Shown here: positions 1 to 7,859 of the stretch, piece by piece
How the letters are laid out: every line of letters begins with the position of its first letter
How positions within the stretch are numbered: position 1 is the stretch's first letter
IMG/VR virus record: IMGVR_UViG_3300017774_002618
Span: 1-47,199 of that record
DNA length: 47,199 nucleotides
Strand: one strand, 5' to 3'
Source of the DNA: a virus
Taxonomy: Duplodnaviria > Caudoviricetes
Notes under the pieces: generated by a model
What the model was told of the DNA's origin: nothing
Seen by the model: the letters and a program-made list of their open reading frames with translations, nothing else
The model's database searches: none
Position numbers and translations under genes: made by a program

Positions 1-123
1 TGCGACTAGGCGGCTTTCCCGTTTGGATGACGCGCTGTTTGAACTCTCTCTGCTCATCCCAAATGAGTATCTGTCGCCAGCGGCCCCCTTGCCGGAAACC
101 GGGGTCTACGCTCATGCGGTCAA
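1..123. repeat. Terminal direct repeat, left copy (circular overlap)
   Basis: Identical to 47077-47199 (tgcgactagg...catgcggtcaa). Confidence 0.97.
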
Positions 124-180
124 AGTATGGCACGAAGGCCATGCGGCGATGGCGCGGAACACGCACCGGGAGACCACCCC

Positions 181-462
181 ATGAACATGATCACCCTCGC
201 AGCCCGCGCCATTCTCAAACGGCGGTATTACGAGCCTGAGTTCCACCCGGATCTGGAATCGTTCTATGCGTCTTGCTATCCAGAACACGTCATGGAAGCA
301 GAGGCAGAAGCGAGAGCTGTGATTGAGGTTATGCGGGAGCCGACGCCAGAGATGATACGTGAGGCTAGCGACGGCCCCAACACAAGCGCTCGCATCTGGC
401 GCTCAATGATAGACGCTGCCCTCGCTTCCCCACCCACCCCGGAAGACGCTGGAGAGAGATGA
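181..462 (+). CDS. Hypothetical phage protein
   Basis: ATG overlaps the stop of the junction-spanning gene (ATGA); GGAG RBS; REPTPEM...IWRSMIDAAL motif is common in phage accessory proteins. Confidence 0.75.
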   Translation: MNMITLAARAILKRRYYEPEFHPDLESFYASCYPEHVMEAEAEARAVIEVMREPTPEMIREASDGPNTSARIWRSMIDAALASPPTPEDAGER

Positions 463-801
463 ATGGACGCCTACGAGCGAAAAGCACGGGAAAGCTACGA
501 TCGCGCCGTCCTGATGGCGGCAAGCCACAGGGCGCAGATGGGCGAAACGTGGGTGCCGATTGCCGGCGGCGTGATGATGCTGCTGTTCGTTATCGCCGGG
601 GTTGTGGCGATGTTGTCCGGGCGACAGGAGCCTAACGCGCCAATCTTCACCGAGGGCCAGAGAGTTAAGATCGCCTTCGACGATAGACCCGCCCTCGTCC
701 TTGGTTCGTGGTGCCGGCCTGAATGCGTCTACAATCTGCGGATATCGACGCCATACGGCTATGACACGATTTGGCGTCGAGAGTTTGAGCTAGTCCCATG
801 A
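463..801 (+). CDS. Hypothetical membrane protein
   Basis: Abuts the upstream gene, GGAG RBS, one hydrophobic segment (IAGGVMMLLFVIAGVVAML). Confidence 0.75.
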   Translation: MDAYERKARESYDRAVLMAASHRAQMGETWVPIAGGVMMLLFVIAGVVAMLSGRQEPNAPIFTEGQRVKIAFDDRPALVLGSWCRPECVYNLRISTPYGYDTIWRREFELVP

Positions 802-893
802 ACCGCTACCGTGAGAACGTCATCCTCTCCCGCCTGCTGTTTGCAGCAGTAGTTACGGGGGTTGTGATGGTGGTGGATTGGCTTTGGAGGTGA
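798..893 (+). CDS. Small membrane peptide (31 aa, MNRYRENVILSRLLFAAVVTGVVMVVDWLWR)
   Basis: ATGA overlap with the upstream stop; hydrophobic; translated by hand. Confidence 0.5.
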   Translation: MNRYRENVILSRLLFAAVVTGVVMVVDWLWR

Positions 894-896
894 CTG

Positions 897-933
897 AGCC
901 GGGGAGCTTGCATTGCAGAGGCCGGCCCCGGCT
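897..933. terminator. Hairpin where the plus-strand and minus-strand gene blocks converge
   Basis: agccgggg/ccccggct inverted repeat; no clear U-tract. Confidence 0.5.
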
Positions 934-943
934 ATACTAGGTC

Positions 944-1026
944 TGCGAGACAGAACGGCCAGGAACGAACCCCAACCTTCTCGGCGCTGTAGCAGCTCGT
1001 CAGCCTAGTCGCACCGCCGCCTCGCA
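944..1026 (-). ncRNA. Putative structured RNA element E1
   Basis: Closing helix UGCGAGGC/GUCUCGCA encloses two hairpins (GACG-loop and UUCG-containing loop); folded by eye. Confidence 0.5.
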
Positions 1027-1124
1027 TACTCTGTGCCAGACTTGATACCGCGCGCCTTCGATCCGGCTCTACGCCTCTCAGCATTGTCTGGCGTCTCGTG
1101 CCTGCTATTCGCAGGGAACTTGTG

Positions 1125-1277
1125 CTAGAATCCGATCTCGTCGCCGATACACTCGGTGCCGCCACCTGGTGCGATAAACAGTGTGCCGCCGTCTCCGATG
1201 GTGCCTGTGCCTGGACCTGGCGTGATGCCAGCAGTTCCGCCGTCGCCGTCAATGAATGGTGCAGTGTCGCGCATCAT
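1125..1277 (-). CDS. 50-aa Gly-rich acidic repeat peptide
   Basis: AGGAG RBS and its own promoter; MMRDTAPFIDGDGGTAGITPGPGTGTIGDGGTLFIAPGGGTECIGDEIGF; below the ORF-track length cutoff. Confidence 0.7.
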   Translation of the reverse strand: MMRDTAPFIDGDGGTAGITPGPGTGTIGDGGTLFIAPGGGTECIGDEIGF

Positions 1278-1295
1278 CGTTCTCCTAACTGAATT

Positions 1296-1324
1296 AGTAT
1301 ATCAGAATCCGCATCGACTTCCAA
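1296..1324 (-). promoter_or_regulatory. Sigma70-type promoter
   Basis: TTGGAA-N17-TATACT with an extended -10 TG, directly upstream of the RBS. Confidence 0.6.
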
Positions 1325-1349
1325 GCAATTCTGGAGCGCTCCTCCACAA

Positions 1350-1547
1350 TTACAAGGCTTTCCGCCTCGCCTCCAGCGCAGAATACTGCTGCATTCTCGC
1401 CAGTTCTCCGGCAAGCTCACCAATGAATATCGACAGTTCCACCGGCCCCATGACCGTCTCCAGGTAGTCATACGATTTGTCAGAGGTCACATAGGTTCGA
1501 ACGATTGTCATTGACTGGTCTTCGCTTTGAACGACGCGGAAGCTCAT
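1350..1547 (-). CDS. Hypothetical protein (MSFRVVQSEDQ...)
   Basis: ATGA coupling with the upstream mini-ORF. Confidence 0.6.
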   Translation of the reverse strand: MSFRVVQSEDQSMTIVRTYVTSDKSYDYLETVMGPVELSIFIGELAGELARMQQYSALEARRKAL

Positions 1548-1630
1548 GACATGAACCCCGTATACATGAACCTCCAGACAGCAAGCCTGTAAGCCACACG
1601 CCAGCGGAGGAAGTAGAGACGGGCGATCAT
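1544..1630 (-). CDS. 28-aa mini-ORF (MIARLYFLRWRVAYRLAVWRFMYTGFMS)
   Basis: ATGA overlaps at both ends, filling the gap exactly. Confidence 0.45.
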   Translation of the reverse strand: MIARLYFLRWRVAYRLAVWRFMYTGFMS

Positions 1631-2664
1631 GCGAACCTCTCTTCGAGTTCCAGGAGCGAAATGAAGTTGCCACCCTCGACACGCCCGCCCCTCAATCGAA
1701 GGTCGTGGATGCCGTATGTATAGCCGGTGGTTGCCCCGTTGGCGTAGGGCGGGATGTAGCCGTGCGGCATAGCTGAGCCGACGTTCGTAATGGTGATTGA
1801 GTTGTTGATGCCGATCTTCGGCACCGTCACCGAATTGTTGCGGTGGGTATGGCCGAAGATGATGGAATGCGTCGCCTGGTTCCCGATGGTGTTCTCAGGA
1901 TAGCGCCCGCCGATTGGCTTTTGCATGATCGACATCGGGACATGCGTGAACCCGACGCCCTCCATAAACAGCCATTGCCGATACGGCGTCACGCGCCAGC
2001 GGTAGCGGTAGAAGAACTGTTCCAGTTGCAGGGTCAGCGTGCCGGCGAGGTTCGGGGCCAGTTCCTCCAGGCGCCAGACGCGGAATTCATGATTGCCAAG
2101 CGTCACATCATGCGGGATTTCGCCTATCCCGATTTCGGAATGGTAGGTGTCGAACGCTTCCTCGCCAGACGCGATGTCCTCGCTGAAGGACGGGCGATGC
2201 AACTGGCTTGCGGAGCCGGGAGGACTGTGGAACTCACAGCTGCTCATATCGAATGCATCGCCGATCTGCACAACGTTGTCGGGCTTGGCCTCTGACACGT
2301 AGCGGCCTATCCACCGCATGTGTTCGAAGTCCATTCCTGGCTTCATGTGGAGGTCGCCGATGACCACGACGCGCCGGACGGGAAGATCCCGCGTGACGCT
2401 GACATTGTAGGCCCTGACACGAACGCGGGGCTTGGTTTCGGGGATGCCGTCTATGTCGGGCGTGTAGGCTTCCTGAGCGGCCTTCAGGTCTTCTTCGCGG
2501 ATCATCTTCACGCGGCGATCGACTGTCGTCCGATGCCCGCCTACAGCCTTGGAAAGGCCCCTGATGTTGATTGTCCCGTCTAGCCTGGTGAAGTCTGGAA
2601 GGTGTCGCCGGATTGTCAGAAGATCGTCCGGCGAGGTTTTGTTCGCACCGTCGTCATTGGGCAT
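1627..2664 (-). CDS. Calcineurin-like metallophosphoesterase with a possible N-terminal HTH
   Basis: Motifs GDLH, GDAFD, GNHE, FTH, GHTH; alternative TTG start at 2700. Confidence 0.9.
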   Translation of the reverse strand: MPNDDGANKTSPDDLLTIRRHLPDFTRLDGTINIRGLSKAVGGHRTTVDRRVKMIREEDLKAAQEAYTPDIDGIPETKPRVRVRAYNVSVTRDLPVRRVVVIGDLHMKPGMDFEHMRWIGRYVSEAKPDNVVQIGDAFDMSSCEFHSPPGSASQLHRPSFSEDIASGEEAFDTYHSEIGIGEIPHDVTLGNHEFRVWRLEELAPNLAGTLTLQLEQFFYRYRWRVTPYRQWLFMEGVGFTHVPMSIMQKPIGGRYPENTIGNQATHSIIFGHTHRNNSVTVPKIGINNSITITNVGSAMPHGYIPPYANGATTGYTYGIHDLRLRGGRVEGGNFISLLELEERFA

Positions 2665-2696
2665 TACCCCACACTCCTGGTTGATCGGGGGTAGGC

Positions 2697-3035
2697 TCAA
2701 ATGCCGTCTGATTTCATCAATGCGAACTGATGCCGGTCCAGGGAGATGCGGGCGTGATGCTTGATGCAGTTGTCAGGCTCGACAATCGCAATGATGGCGA
2801 GAGGTGGGATCACGGCCATGATGAATTTCGTCGGCTGAGAGTCGTCGGGGATGTCGAGATTCAGCGCTTTGTGATAGGCTGAGATAAAGCCAACGTCTTC
2901 CGAGATGGTGATCATGTTGTCCGGGACACCACCCTCTTTCAGGGACTCCATCGCGTTGTCCAGGGTGAAGCATTCCTGAGCGATAGCAGGCGATGCGAAG
3001 GCAAGGGCGATTGCAAGGCTGATGAGCTTAAGCAT
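2697..3035 (-). CDS. Secreted/periplasmic hypothetical protein
   Basis: AAGGA RBS; signal peptide MLKLISLAIALAFASPAIA. Confidence 0.75.
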   Translation of the reverse strand: MLKLISLAIALAFASPAIAQECFTLDNAMESLKEGGVPDNMITISEDVGFISAYHKALNLDIPDDSQPTKFIMAVIPPLAIIAIVEPDNCIKHHARISLDRHQFALMKSDGI

Positions 3036-3046
3036 GTTCGTTCCTT

Positions 3047-3133
3047 TCAAAGGACGAGGATTGCGGCCATGACGCCGGCCAAACAGGACAGACAGATGAG
3101 GGAGATGAGCCAGAGACGGGCGGGAAGGGTCAC
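3047..3133 (-). CDS. 28-aa hydrophobic peptide
   Basis: GTGA overlap; MTLPARLWLISLICLSCLAGVMAAILVL. Confidence 0.4.
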   Translation of the reverse strand: MTLPARLWLISLICLSCLAGVMAAILVL

Positions 3134-3477
3134 GGCTGGCGCGTGCGTGGCCGTGGCGTGTGGCTCTGCTGGTAGACGCCATCAATGCGCCCGCTCAGGT
3201 GGTCCACAGCGCCCTTGACGCCCTGGATGGCGTCCATGATCGGTTCTACCGCCTCACGAAGCCCTTGCTTGCTGACGTAGGTTTCCGCGACGTGCAGCTT
3301 GTGTTCGGACAACTTGTCGAGCGCGAGGGAGGCGAGCGCGGCATTGGCGCTGGATTTCGTGTCGCCGTCCTTCTTGGCTTGGTCGACCATTGAGACGAGC
3401 CGCCACCAGATGCCCCATAGGACGCCGGAGACTGTGAGGAAGAACAGGATGGCGTAGGCGATTTCTTGAAAGGTCAT
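3130..3477 (-). CDS. Membrane protein of the lysis region
   Basis: N-terminal TM followed by a coiled-coil; ATGA overlap. Confidence 0.75.
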   Translation of the reverse strand: MTFQEIAYAILFFLTVSGVLWGIWWRLVSMVDQAKKDGDTKSSANAALASLALDKLSEHKLHVAETYVSKQGLREAVEPIMDAIQGVKGAVDHLSGRIDGVYQQSHTPRPRTRQP

Positions 3478-3875
3478 TTGCGGCCCCTGATGGCTGAAGC
3501 GATTACCTGAGCGCCGCCCATTGCCGCGCCGGAATAGAAGATGTTGGCGAACACGATGTCGGCGTATTCCTTCAACTGGGGAGGCAGGGCAGCCACGTCC
3601 GGCAGAGAGCCGTTCAACGTGCTGTCCATCATGCCCCAGCCGTGCCAGAGACAGGTCGGAATGGCAGCGATGCACCACGCCACCCAGAACAACGGGAACT
3701 GCATGCCGGCCTTGACGACGCCAGCCGCTTCCGAGTTCGCAGCTGCTTCACGTGAAGCATTGATGCGCTGGCGCGCTGTCTCGGAATCGGCCTTGCGCTC
3801 GATATGGCCCAGCACTCGGTCGAGAAAGCCGAAGCCAGCCGAGCCGAGCAGCTTGGCGACGATGGAGGCGATCAT
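3474..3875 (-). CDS. Holin-like membrane protein
   Basis: Amphipathic N-terminus plus two hydrophobic segments; downstream of the endolysin. Confidence 0.6.
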   Translation of the reverse strand: MIASIVAKLLGSAGFGFLDRVLGHIERKADSETARQRINASREAAANSEAAGVVKAGMQFPLFWVAWCIAAIPTCLWHGWGMMDSTLNGSLPDVAALPPQLKEYADIVFANIFYSGAAMGGAQVIASAIRGRK

Positions 3876-4042
3876 TTGCGCGCCTCATTCATCTGGCGTG
3901 CTGTCTCGCGGGCAACGAACTCGCTATCCGCCATGCAGACGTGGATGATTTCCCCGCCTATAGCGCGATAGTCGGCCATCACCGTCCAGACGACAGTCGG
4001 CTTTCCGCGAACTAGGCGTTCTGTGAGAGCAGCCCCGAACAT
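3872..4042 (-). CDS. Hypothetical protein (56 aa, MFGAALTERLVRGK...)
   Basis: Fills the gap; stop overlaps the next ATG. Confidence 0.55.
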   Translation of the reverse strand: MFGAALTERLVRGKPTVVWTVMADYRAIGGEIIHVCMADSEFVARETARQMNEARK

Positions 4043-4043
4043 G

Positions 4044-4285
4044 TCAGTTCACCACATAAACGGCAGTCGATGGGACGCCGCTGGCACAGGTGATCGGCGA
4101 TGGCGCGACCCATGGGTCCAGCCAAGGCATAGGCACGTCACCTGCGGCGTTCGGAACCCGATATGGGGTCGTCGTCGGGGGCCATGGTGACACCACAATG
4201 CCGCCTGTCCCACCCGGGCAGGTGTCGCAGTGTGCGGCGCGTGATGCTTCTGGCAAGACGGGCAGAACCAAGCAGCGCGGCTCAT
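4044..4285 (-). pseudogene. Frameshifted small zinc-ribbon-like protein (WFCPSCQKHHAPH / CDTCP)
   Basis: The two halves of the Cys motif lie in different frames, separated at CCGCACAC-TGC (about 4230). Confidence 0.55.
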
Positions 4286-4527
4286 AGCTGCTCTCCCGTA
4301 TACTCCGGCACCTCAATTGTGATGGTGTTGCGTTCCTTCCACTTCGCAGCGAGCCAGAACCAGACCTCGGTAGCGCCTGCTATTGCGAAGCCAACGCCCA
4401 TGTCGATGAACATGGCAACGTCAGGATCGGAAGCGAACATCGACCCGTCCTCGGATGAGAACCAGCCTTGCGCGACAAGCCAGACGGCCAAATATCTCAA
4501 AGCGATGCGCACTAGTTGTTCACGCAT
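4282..4527 (-). CDS. Putative holin (two TM segments)
   Basis: AAGGA RBS; first gene after the endolysin; two hydrophobic segments. Confidence 0.6.
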   Translation of the reverse strand: MREQLVRIALRYLAVWLVAQGWFSSEDGSMFASDPDVAMFIDMGVGFAIAGATEVWFWLAAKWKERNTITIEVPEYTGEQL

Positions 4528-4568
4528 TTTAGTTCCTTTCGGATGGATGATGTGGTATGGTTTTTGGA

Positions 4569-4703
4569 TGCGAGAGGACGGAACGGGCTTCCGTCGCGCC
4601 GGTTCGCCCGGTTAGTAAGCGTCCGGCGCTGCAGCGTCGTAATTGCAGGGGTAGCTTTCCCTTCGACGCCAAGAGATGCAGGAAGTCGCCGCCCTGCCTC
4701 GCA
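4569..4703 (-). ncRNA. Putative structured RNA element E2
   Basis: UGCGAG/CUCGCA closing helix extended by AGGGCGG/CCGUCCU and CUUCC/GGAAG, with two internal hairpins; fills the endolysin-holin gap. Confidence 0.5.
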
Positions 4704-4705
4704 GA

Positions 4706-5317
4706 CTACTTCCCGCCCCTCATAAGCATCTTGAACAGCGCTGCTATCACCGCCCAGAAGCCCTTGCTTGGCTCAGGAGCGGGCTTGGACGGAGGCGGGA
4801 CAGGAATAGGCTTGGGAGCCGGTGAAGGGGCTGTAGAGCCATAGCCTTCGCGCTTCAGATCGGCCTCATAGGCATGGGCATAGGTGGCAATCAGCCCAGC
4901 CTTATCCGTGCCATTGATGATGCGACGGGCGCCAGCATAGTCGGACCTTTGCAGGGTGATGTAGTCGGAGAGTTTCTTGCCGGTGAACCAGCCTTCTTTC
5001 GAGCCGACGACAAGGATCTCAGCGGCGTGTCCCGGCTCCAACAGTTTGCGCGGGCTGGACACGAAATCGATGCCTAGTTCTTTTGACGCCTTTTCGTAGT
5101 TGGTCAGCCAGGTTAGCTGCACGAAGCCCATGCCCACGTAGGGATAATACTTCTTGCGCTTCAGGTAGGCTTCGCCGCCATACTCGCGGACGGGGCGCAT
5201 CGTATGGGCAGTCTCATGCCAGGCGGTGGCCAGAACGTAGGCAGCCTGGTTCCGAAGCAGCCCATGTTTCTTGCACGTATCGATGATGAGCCGCGTGAAG
5301 CCTTGATCAAGGTTCAT
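4706..5317 (-). CDS. Endolysin, GH19/chitinase-like lysozyme fold
   Basis: YVLATAWHET, YVGMGFVQLTW, ARRIINGTD motifs; Pro-rich linker and amphipathic C-terminal tail. Confidence 0.88.
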   Translation of the reverse strand: MNLDQGFTRLIIDTCKKHGLLRNQAAYVLATAWHETAHTMRPVREYGGEAYLKRKKYYPYVGMGFVQLTWLTNYEKASKELGIDFVSSPRKLLEPGHAAEILVVGSKEGWFTGKKLSDYITLQRSDYAGARRIINGTDKAGLIATYAHAYEADLKREGYGSTAPSPAPKPIPVPPPSKPAPEPSKGFWAVIAALFKMLMRGGK

Positions 5318-5356
5318 CGGTTGTTACCTCTCGAAAGATTGGCTATAGAAGCGGGG

Positions 5357-5494
5357 ATGCAACACCCCGAGTATGGCTACATGCCTTCGCTAGACGCCCC
5401 GTTCACCGGGGCAGATCTGTCGTTTCCGGTGCTGATCGTACTTGCAGCGGTGGCGGTATTCGCTCTCTGGATGTCGTTTCGATACGAGCGCTAG
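5357..5494 (+). CDS. Small antisense membrane protein (moron-like)
   Basis: 45 aa, one TM; fills the gap between tailspike and endolysin on the opposite strand. Confidence 0.5.
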   Translation: MQHPEYGYMPSLDAPFTGADLSFPVLIVLAAVAVFALWMSFRYER

Positions 5495-7566
5495 ATACCC
5501 GCCCGCCAGATCACGCGCTGCGTGCTTGACGCCTTGTCAGCATTCGAGGTCGTGTCCCGAACCCGGATGTAGAGGTTTGTCGCATCGACGCTTTGAACAA
5601 TAGCCTCATAGGTGTTGTCGCCATCGGCTTGGACGCCATAGAAGCGCGGCGCTCCGATGAGGCCATGAGCTACCGTTCCGACGCCGTTGCCATCCGTGGC
5701 CATCGCGGCCACGACGCCCTGTTTCGAGAACTTGCCACCTGAAAACTGGTTGTTCGAGCCGCTGTCCGCCACGCTGCTGGTGACGTTGCCAGTCACAAAC
5801 TGGTTGTCGTCGGCGCCAGCCACGATCAGGATATCACCTGTCACAGCATCGGCCATGCTGGCGATGTCATAGGAGTTCTTGTCTCCCCGAACCACGAGGT
5901 TTCGCGCACCGCCTTGGGCATGGATGATCCACTTGCCGCCATTCGAGTAGTCATCGATGGCAAAGCTCGGGACCGACTTGTTGGCAAGCGGATCGTAGTC
6001 AATGTTGACGGTTCCGGTCCACCGATCCCCACGGATGACCGCGCCTTGTGCGCCGCCGCCATTGGTTGCCGGATCATATGCCTGGAGGTTGAGCTTGCAG
6101 TCGTTGATGAACGATGTCCCGTCCGTAAAGGCGCAGGTCATTGCCTGTTGGACAGCGCGCAGGGACTTGATGTTGAACTCGCACTGGCGAATGCCCGAGG
6201 CGCTCGCAAGCGCAATGTAGAGGCCGAAGCCGGAGCCGCTGTCAGCCACATTGATGGTGACGTTCTCTGCCAATAGGGGGCTAATCCAGACGCCGGCACC
6301 GCCGCAATCCCGGGTCGAACCCTGGATGCTGATGTTCGTCATGGTTCCACCCGCGCCATCGACGATGATGCCGCGCCGCGCGCCAGCGCCACCAGAAACC
6401 ACAGGTGCCGAAGCGATCAGGTTGGTGATGTGGATGTCGTTGCAATTTCCCTCGAATACCCCGATGCCAAAAGCGTCGTCGCCGACCGAATAGGCTTCGA
6501 TCTTGTCCCCGATGACATCGGAGCAGTCGATGATGGAGATTGCATTTCCCGCCTTAGGCGACGTGTTTTCATTGCGGCAGATGATATTGTGGATGCGAAC
6601 CTTGGTGCAGGACCAGAAGACGGTGTTGTAGGCGGGGCTGTCCACGCCCTTGTAGTCCTCCAGGATGATGCCGTCCGCATCGCGGAACTCGACGCAACGG
6701 CCGAAGACGGTTGCGGACGGGTTGTTCACGCTGTCGTAATTGACCTTCATGCCCCTGATGCCAATGCCGTTGGCGCCAGCCGGGTCGCTGATGATGGTCT
6801 GCATGTTGGTCGAGGGAGCCGCCTTGATCTCGCAGCCGGAGTGAAGGCCAGGCCCGGTGATGACGACACCAGACCGCAGGATCAGGCCATAGAAGGAGGC
6901 CCCGACCGGACCACCCTGGCCAATCAAGTATGTCCTGGCTGAAAACAGCACCTGCCCATTGCCTCGATCCGACGCTAAATCAATCGCGTTCTGAATCGCG
7001 GTCGTCGTCTGGACTGCCGTATTTGTGCTATCAGTTGCCCCCAGCGCATCGACATGCGGGACTTCGCTCGGATCGAGTTCGAACCAGTTGCCCTTGCGGT
7101 CCTGAATGGCCGTGAAGTTGCCAGGATCAGATGCAACCTTGCGGTAGAGCGCGGGATGGAATGTCGAGTCGTCAGACCACCGATTGATGATAATGGCCTT
7201 GCAGTCGGAGAAGTCGTATCGCACCATATGTTCGCGCGTTTCGACTGTCGGATTGAGCGAGGTCGAAGCAATCCCGGGATAGTCCCGCTCCAGAACATAT
7301 TTGACAGTCTTGCGCCCGCCACCGCCGCCATTCGGAATGATCCGGGGAAGATTGTCGATCAGCCGGTCAACGGTATCCTCCAGCTTCTCCACCTTGGTTC
7401 CGAGTTCTTGGCCAAGGATTTCCTTCGTCCGCTCCTTCTGTGCTTCCGTCTGGACAGCAGCATCACGGACACGCAGTTCGGAGGCGCGCGCCCGGAGAAG
7501 GCGGTCACCCTCGACACGGGCCGGAGGCGGCGTCCACTTGGTGCGGACGGGGATGTTTTGAGCCAT
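5491..7566 (-). CDS. Tailspike/depolymerase with a pectate-lyase-like right-handed beta-helix
   Basis: VDALGA...TTAIQNAID...GQVLFSARTY N-terminal cap followed by Asn/Ile-rich beta-helix repeats; GGAG RBS. Confidence 0.85.
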   Translation of the reverse strand: MAQNIPVRTKWTPPPARVEGDRLLRARASELRVRDAAVQTEAQKERTKEILGQELGTKVEKLEDTVDRLIDNLPRIIPNGGGGGRKTVKYVLERDYPGIASTSLNPTVETREHMVRYDFSDCKAIIINRWSDDSTFHPALYRKVASDPGNFTAIQDRKGNWFELDPSEVPHVDALGATDSTNTAVQTTTAIQNAIDLASDRGNGQVLFSARTYLIGQGGPVGASFYGLILRSGVVITGPGLHSGCEIKAAPSTNMQTIISDPAGANGIGIRGMKVNYDSVNNPSATVFGRCVEFRDADGIILEDYKGVDSPAYNTVFWSCTKVRIHNIICRNENTSPKAGNAISIIDCSDVIGDKIEAYSVGDDAFGIGVFEGNCNDIHITNLIASAPVVSGGAGARRGIIVDGAGGTMTNISIQGSTRDCGGAGVWISPLLAENVTINVADSGSGFGLYIALASASGIRQCEFNIKSLRAVQQAMTCAFTDGTSFINDCKLNLQAYDPATNGGGAQGAVIRGDRWTGTVNIDYDPLANKSVPSFAIDDYSNGGKWIIHAQGGARNLVVRGDKNSYDIASMADAVTGDILIVAGADDNQFVTGNVTSSVADSGSNNQFSGGKFSKQGVVAAMATDGNGVGTVAHGLIGAPRFYGVQADGDNTYEAIVQSVDATNLYIRVRDTTSNADKASSTQRVIWRAGI

Positions 7567-7581
7567 CGATGTCTCCATACG

Positions 7582-7608
7582 AAAAAGGCCCCGCGTGAGC
7601 GAGGCTTT
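7582..7608 (-). terminator. Rho-independent terminator
   Basis: Minus strand aaagcctcgc-tcac-gcggggcc followed by TTTTT. Confidence 0.75.
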
Positions 7609-7634
7609 GGCAAATTCGGGAATGTCAGTTCAGA

Positions 7635-7859
7635 TCAGTCGCAGACTGTCGGGTTTGAACGCCCGTCCCAATCGGTGAAGCAGTCACCACCCGAACTCAC
7701 AGACTTCGGCGCAGCCACATAAAGGAATGCACATATCAGGAAGACGGAACAGGCTTTCCAAGCCATACTCCAGTCACGGTCCTTAGCCGCATAGATCGTC
7801 ACGCCACCAGACAGGAAGCCAACAGGCAGAGCGAGGATCGCAAGCGCAGAGAGGATTGG
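7635..7859 (-). other. 74-codon membrane-protein reading frame with no canonical start at its 5' end
   Basis: PILSALAILALPVGFLSGGVTIYAAKDRDWSMAWKACSVFLICAFLYVAAPK...DCFTDWDGRSNPTVCD; in frame immediately after the TGA at 7860-7862. Confidence 0.55.

Noticed and set aside
975-1010. Hammerhead-like CUGACGA in E1
   Set aside because: No GAAA after the candidate stem II and no stem I/III arrangement with an NUH site
1003-1013. 11-nt inverted match to window positions 1-11 (TGCGACTAGGC)
   Set aside because: Short, and position 1 is an arbitrary assembly break; compatible with chance
932-1467. Track ORFs 932-1252 (-), 1098-1292 (+) and 1156-1467 (+, Pro-rich)
   Set aside because: No RBS; better explained as other frames or the antisense of the 50-aa peptide gene and its RNA tail
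5491-7566. Diversity-generating retroelement or invertible tail-fibre system, given the BPP-1-like layout
   Set aside because: No reverse transcriptase, TR/VR repeat pair or invertase seen
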